Shown here in pieces: positions 60,822-64,000 of a DNA stretch of 64,000 bases; within the stretch, counting starts at the first letter, position 1, and each line of letters begins with the position of its first letter. The translations under genes were made by a program, and so were the position numbers. The notes beneath the pieces were generated by a model. That model ran no database searches and was not told the DNA's origin. It saw only the letters and a list, made by a program, of their open reading frames with translations. The stretch lies in the NCBI RefSeq assembly GCF_009914755.1, contig NC_060929.1, one strand, 5' to 3'. This stretch comes from the human T2T-CHM13v2.0 reference genome, Homo sapiens.

Positions 60822-63439
60822 TATACATACACATGTACGTATATATACACATACATGTATGTGTGTGTGTACATATTTGTACTCATATACATGTGTATAT
60901 ATAGATATATAAAAAAATTTTCTCTGTGTTTCCCTGTAACAGTAACTGAAGAGGGAATTCTTCTATATAATCTCAGTCCACTATATTGCTAGAAGTTCTC
61001 TTCTCTATACTTTTGAGATATGAATTTTACCTTTCAATATTCTAAAATTATAACAAAGCTATAAATTTTGGGAATTGGTATATGTTTGTTTTTAGAAAAA
61101 TTGTTAGAAACATAATAGCAATGGGATGCTTTAACATGCTACCTTGAACCTTTACCAAATCAAGAGAGTAAAAATTAAGCACAAAAGAGGGATCTAATAC
61201 TATAAACAAGGTAGATTTAATACATATGTATCAAACATAGTAACCTAGAAGCAATGAATATACATTTTCTGGTGCTCATTTAACATTAACGACCTTCAAG
61301 AAGGCTTTAAACAGCAACAGATAGAGTTGAGTTGCTTTGGCCTATTGCTAAAGGCATCTAACCCACCTGCTTTGTGGGAGGTCATCTGCTTTGAATCTCA
61401 ACTGTATCCAAGTCAGATTTAAACTCTATGGGGCATTGGAATTGTCCTCTGAATCATCTCCAACTCTGCAGGATACATAATAGCACCACTTTGTTGTTCT
61501 GGAATTTAAAGACAGGGTCTTATTCAACTTTGGCTATTTTTGTGCAGTCCATGGATCCTTGAAACAGGACATTCTACTTTACCAATATCTGACTCATAGA
61601 AGACCTATCTATATACCTACCAGGTGGCTACTACCCAGTAACTCCTACCGCCAATACCATGACATTTGTTTTGAAAACCTTAGCTTATTGCAATATTGCT
61701 TATAATTATGAAACCTTAGAAACAACTGAAATGCCTATCAAAGAGAGAATTTATAAATAAAATGTAACATATTCACGTTCTATTTTGATATGAATTACCA
61801 TAATATTCTATTAGGATATGAATTGTTATAATGGCCATTAGAAGGAATGGATTGTTCCCATATATAACATAATATATCCATGTATAAAGTATCTATATAA
61901 TACCAACACGTAACATAATGTAAAGAAAAGAGATTCATGGAATAAAATGTGCATGTCATTGATATAAATTTTAAAAACACAGAAATAATACATTATATTA
62001 AGACTATATATGTATGTAAAATTATTACCAGTGGACTGATTTGGATATACACTAAATTCATGCTACTTGCTTCTGGAGGTTGCAGTAAAGAACTGGAACT
62101 GTGTCTGGGGATGTCACTTTTATCTGTTTTATTTAGTTCATTTTTTATAAACAATCCTTGAGGCAAATATGAGCTGTTAATAAATGCCAATTAGTCTTTT
62201 TGCATATTGGTTGCATTTCTCTTTTTTACAACTTTATTGAGTATAATTGATGTACACTAAACTGCACTTATTTAAAGTACACAATGTGATAAGTTTTGAC
62301 AAGTGTACGTACCCATGGAATCTTTACCACAATCAACATTTGTTTCCTCCCACAGTTTTCTCAGGCCCTTTTGTAATCCATTTTTTGCTTAAACAATTTG
62401 TTTTCTATCACTATAGATTAGTTTTATATAAATGGCATCCTACAGTATGTACTCTTCTGGTGGCAGGGGGTTGTCTATCTGCCTTAATTCAGTAATTTCT
62501 CAAGATAAAAACAATTTTAAAAATCTTGGAACTGCTGAAAACAATCTGGGGCATATAATCTGTGATTCAGAAAGGGGGAAAGGAGGGAATCTGTGGAAAG
62601 CAGGTACCATTTGGGATAGATTCCCAAGCAGGAAGAATAAGCACACTTATTATAATGGCTTCCACATTCCCCAAATTATTCCCTTCATGTAATCTTTTTT
62701 TTTTTTTAATTTTGTGGCAGTGCCTGAAACTGCACAGATGAGAGTCTTTTGGATAAGTAAGCTACTCATTTAAAAACAGACGCTTTGCTCAGAATTTACT
62801 CAATGGCAGCTGGTTCAAGGAAAGCTTGTCATCCTAACCCTCTCCCAAACTTAGCTTCATTAAGGAAATGTGTGTTTGGATCATAAGAGAGAGGAGCTAA
62901 GATGTATTGAGGCATGGAGAGTTGGGGACTGTGGGAAGATCTGAGTGAGGCAGCACCCTAGGAGACTTCGGGGAACCCTAGGATATCGGGAACCAGAACC
63001 CAAGGAGGTGGGGAGGGCCAGAAAAGAATGTGAGAAGACACCCAAAGTTAATAGCCATCCCTTTCCTAATGTTCCCTATGTGCGGCTCCCTGATGAGAAA
63101 CTGGAGGAAGAGATTCCCATCATCTTGCGTCTTCTATTCTCAACATCGGAGAACTCCTGTTCTTGAAATTCAACCTGATATCATTATTGCTCTGTGGATT
63201 AAACTGGCTCTTGTTTGCTAGGCTCAGAGTCCAAATACAAGATATAACATTGTTTTTATGGAAAAATGTGCCCAAATACCAAATAATTGATCTACAAAGA
63301 AAGTTTTGAAATGTAACCTGTTATACGCCAGGGATTTCTTACATGTGTAAATCTTTGTAACAATGAGCTATGTTATAATGGAAATATTTTCACAGATATA
63401 ATTCTTAATCTATAGCCAATATCAGTCATTAAAACATAC

Positions 63440-63785
63440 TGTTCAGTCTTGGGGCCCATAAGTGGAAGATGTTATGGAGAAATTGGAAAGGAGCCAGGGG
63501 AGACAAAGTAACTGATGAAAGGTTTTGAAAAATAGCCCTTTAGGGAAATGTCTACATTCATTCAGAGGAGAGAGGTGTATCAGTCTTCAAACTATAAAAC
63601 GATGTTACATTATTGACATCAAGTCTTTTTTCTTCTTGTCCACAGAGGGCAATATTAGAGGAAATGAGTTTAAACAGCAGCAGAGGGGATTTAGGCTAGT
63701 CAGATGTCCCCAGCTTGAAGATGAGAGGTGCATTCTCAAGCTCCCAAGCCTCAATCTCATAAGGGAATGGTCCTTCTTGAGGGAT
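63440..63785 (+). mobile_element. CR1/L3 LINE remnant
   Basis: GTTCAGT..TGGG..AAATTGGAAAGG..CAGTCTTCAAA..GAGGAAATG.GTTTAAAC.GCAGCA..GATTTAGG. Confidence 0.6.
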
Positions 63786-64000
63786 TTTTTTTTTTTTTTT
63801 TTTTTTTTAGCGCTCTGATCAGTGGCAGTCCAAGTTCACACAGCCCTGGTCTGCTTGAAGTTGTTTGCATACATCAGTATTTGGGAAACTAAGTTCGGTC
63901 CAAGAACAGAAAATGTTTCCTGGCTACATGGAGGGTAAAGCAAACGTGAAGTTGCCTCATACGAGAAGAATCCAGACATGAGAAATCTCAGCCTTTGGTC

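Overview
Primate (human-like) genomic DNA, dominated by interspersed repeats: Alu, L1, L2/MIR, CR1, MaLR/ERVL/ERV1 LTRs and hAT/Tc1-mariner fossils. I recognise no intact protein-coding exon. The ORF track is explained by repeats, simple repeats or chance. The one clear genic landmark is a CpG-island promoter at ~6.5-7.0 kb. It looks like the non-coding first exon of a minus-strand gene I cannot name, with two alternative GT donors and a 26-codon uORF, so 1-6.7 kb is probably its first intron. The remaining ~57 kb is upstream/intergenic and holds several plus-strand exon-like cassettes that may belong to a divergent lncRNA. The most unusual structure is three short (140-310 bp) direct duplications of different ages, each with the apparent ectopic copy 1.7-2.3 kb to the left of its donor and without TSD or poly(A). 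There are also two 3'-incomplete old L1 fragments flanked by TSD-like repeats and a near-full-length HSMAR2 mariner inside a nested TE stack. Repeat subfamily calls are from recalled consensus features and are approximate; no database search was run.
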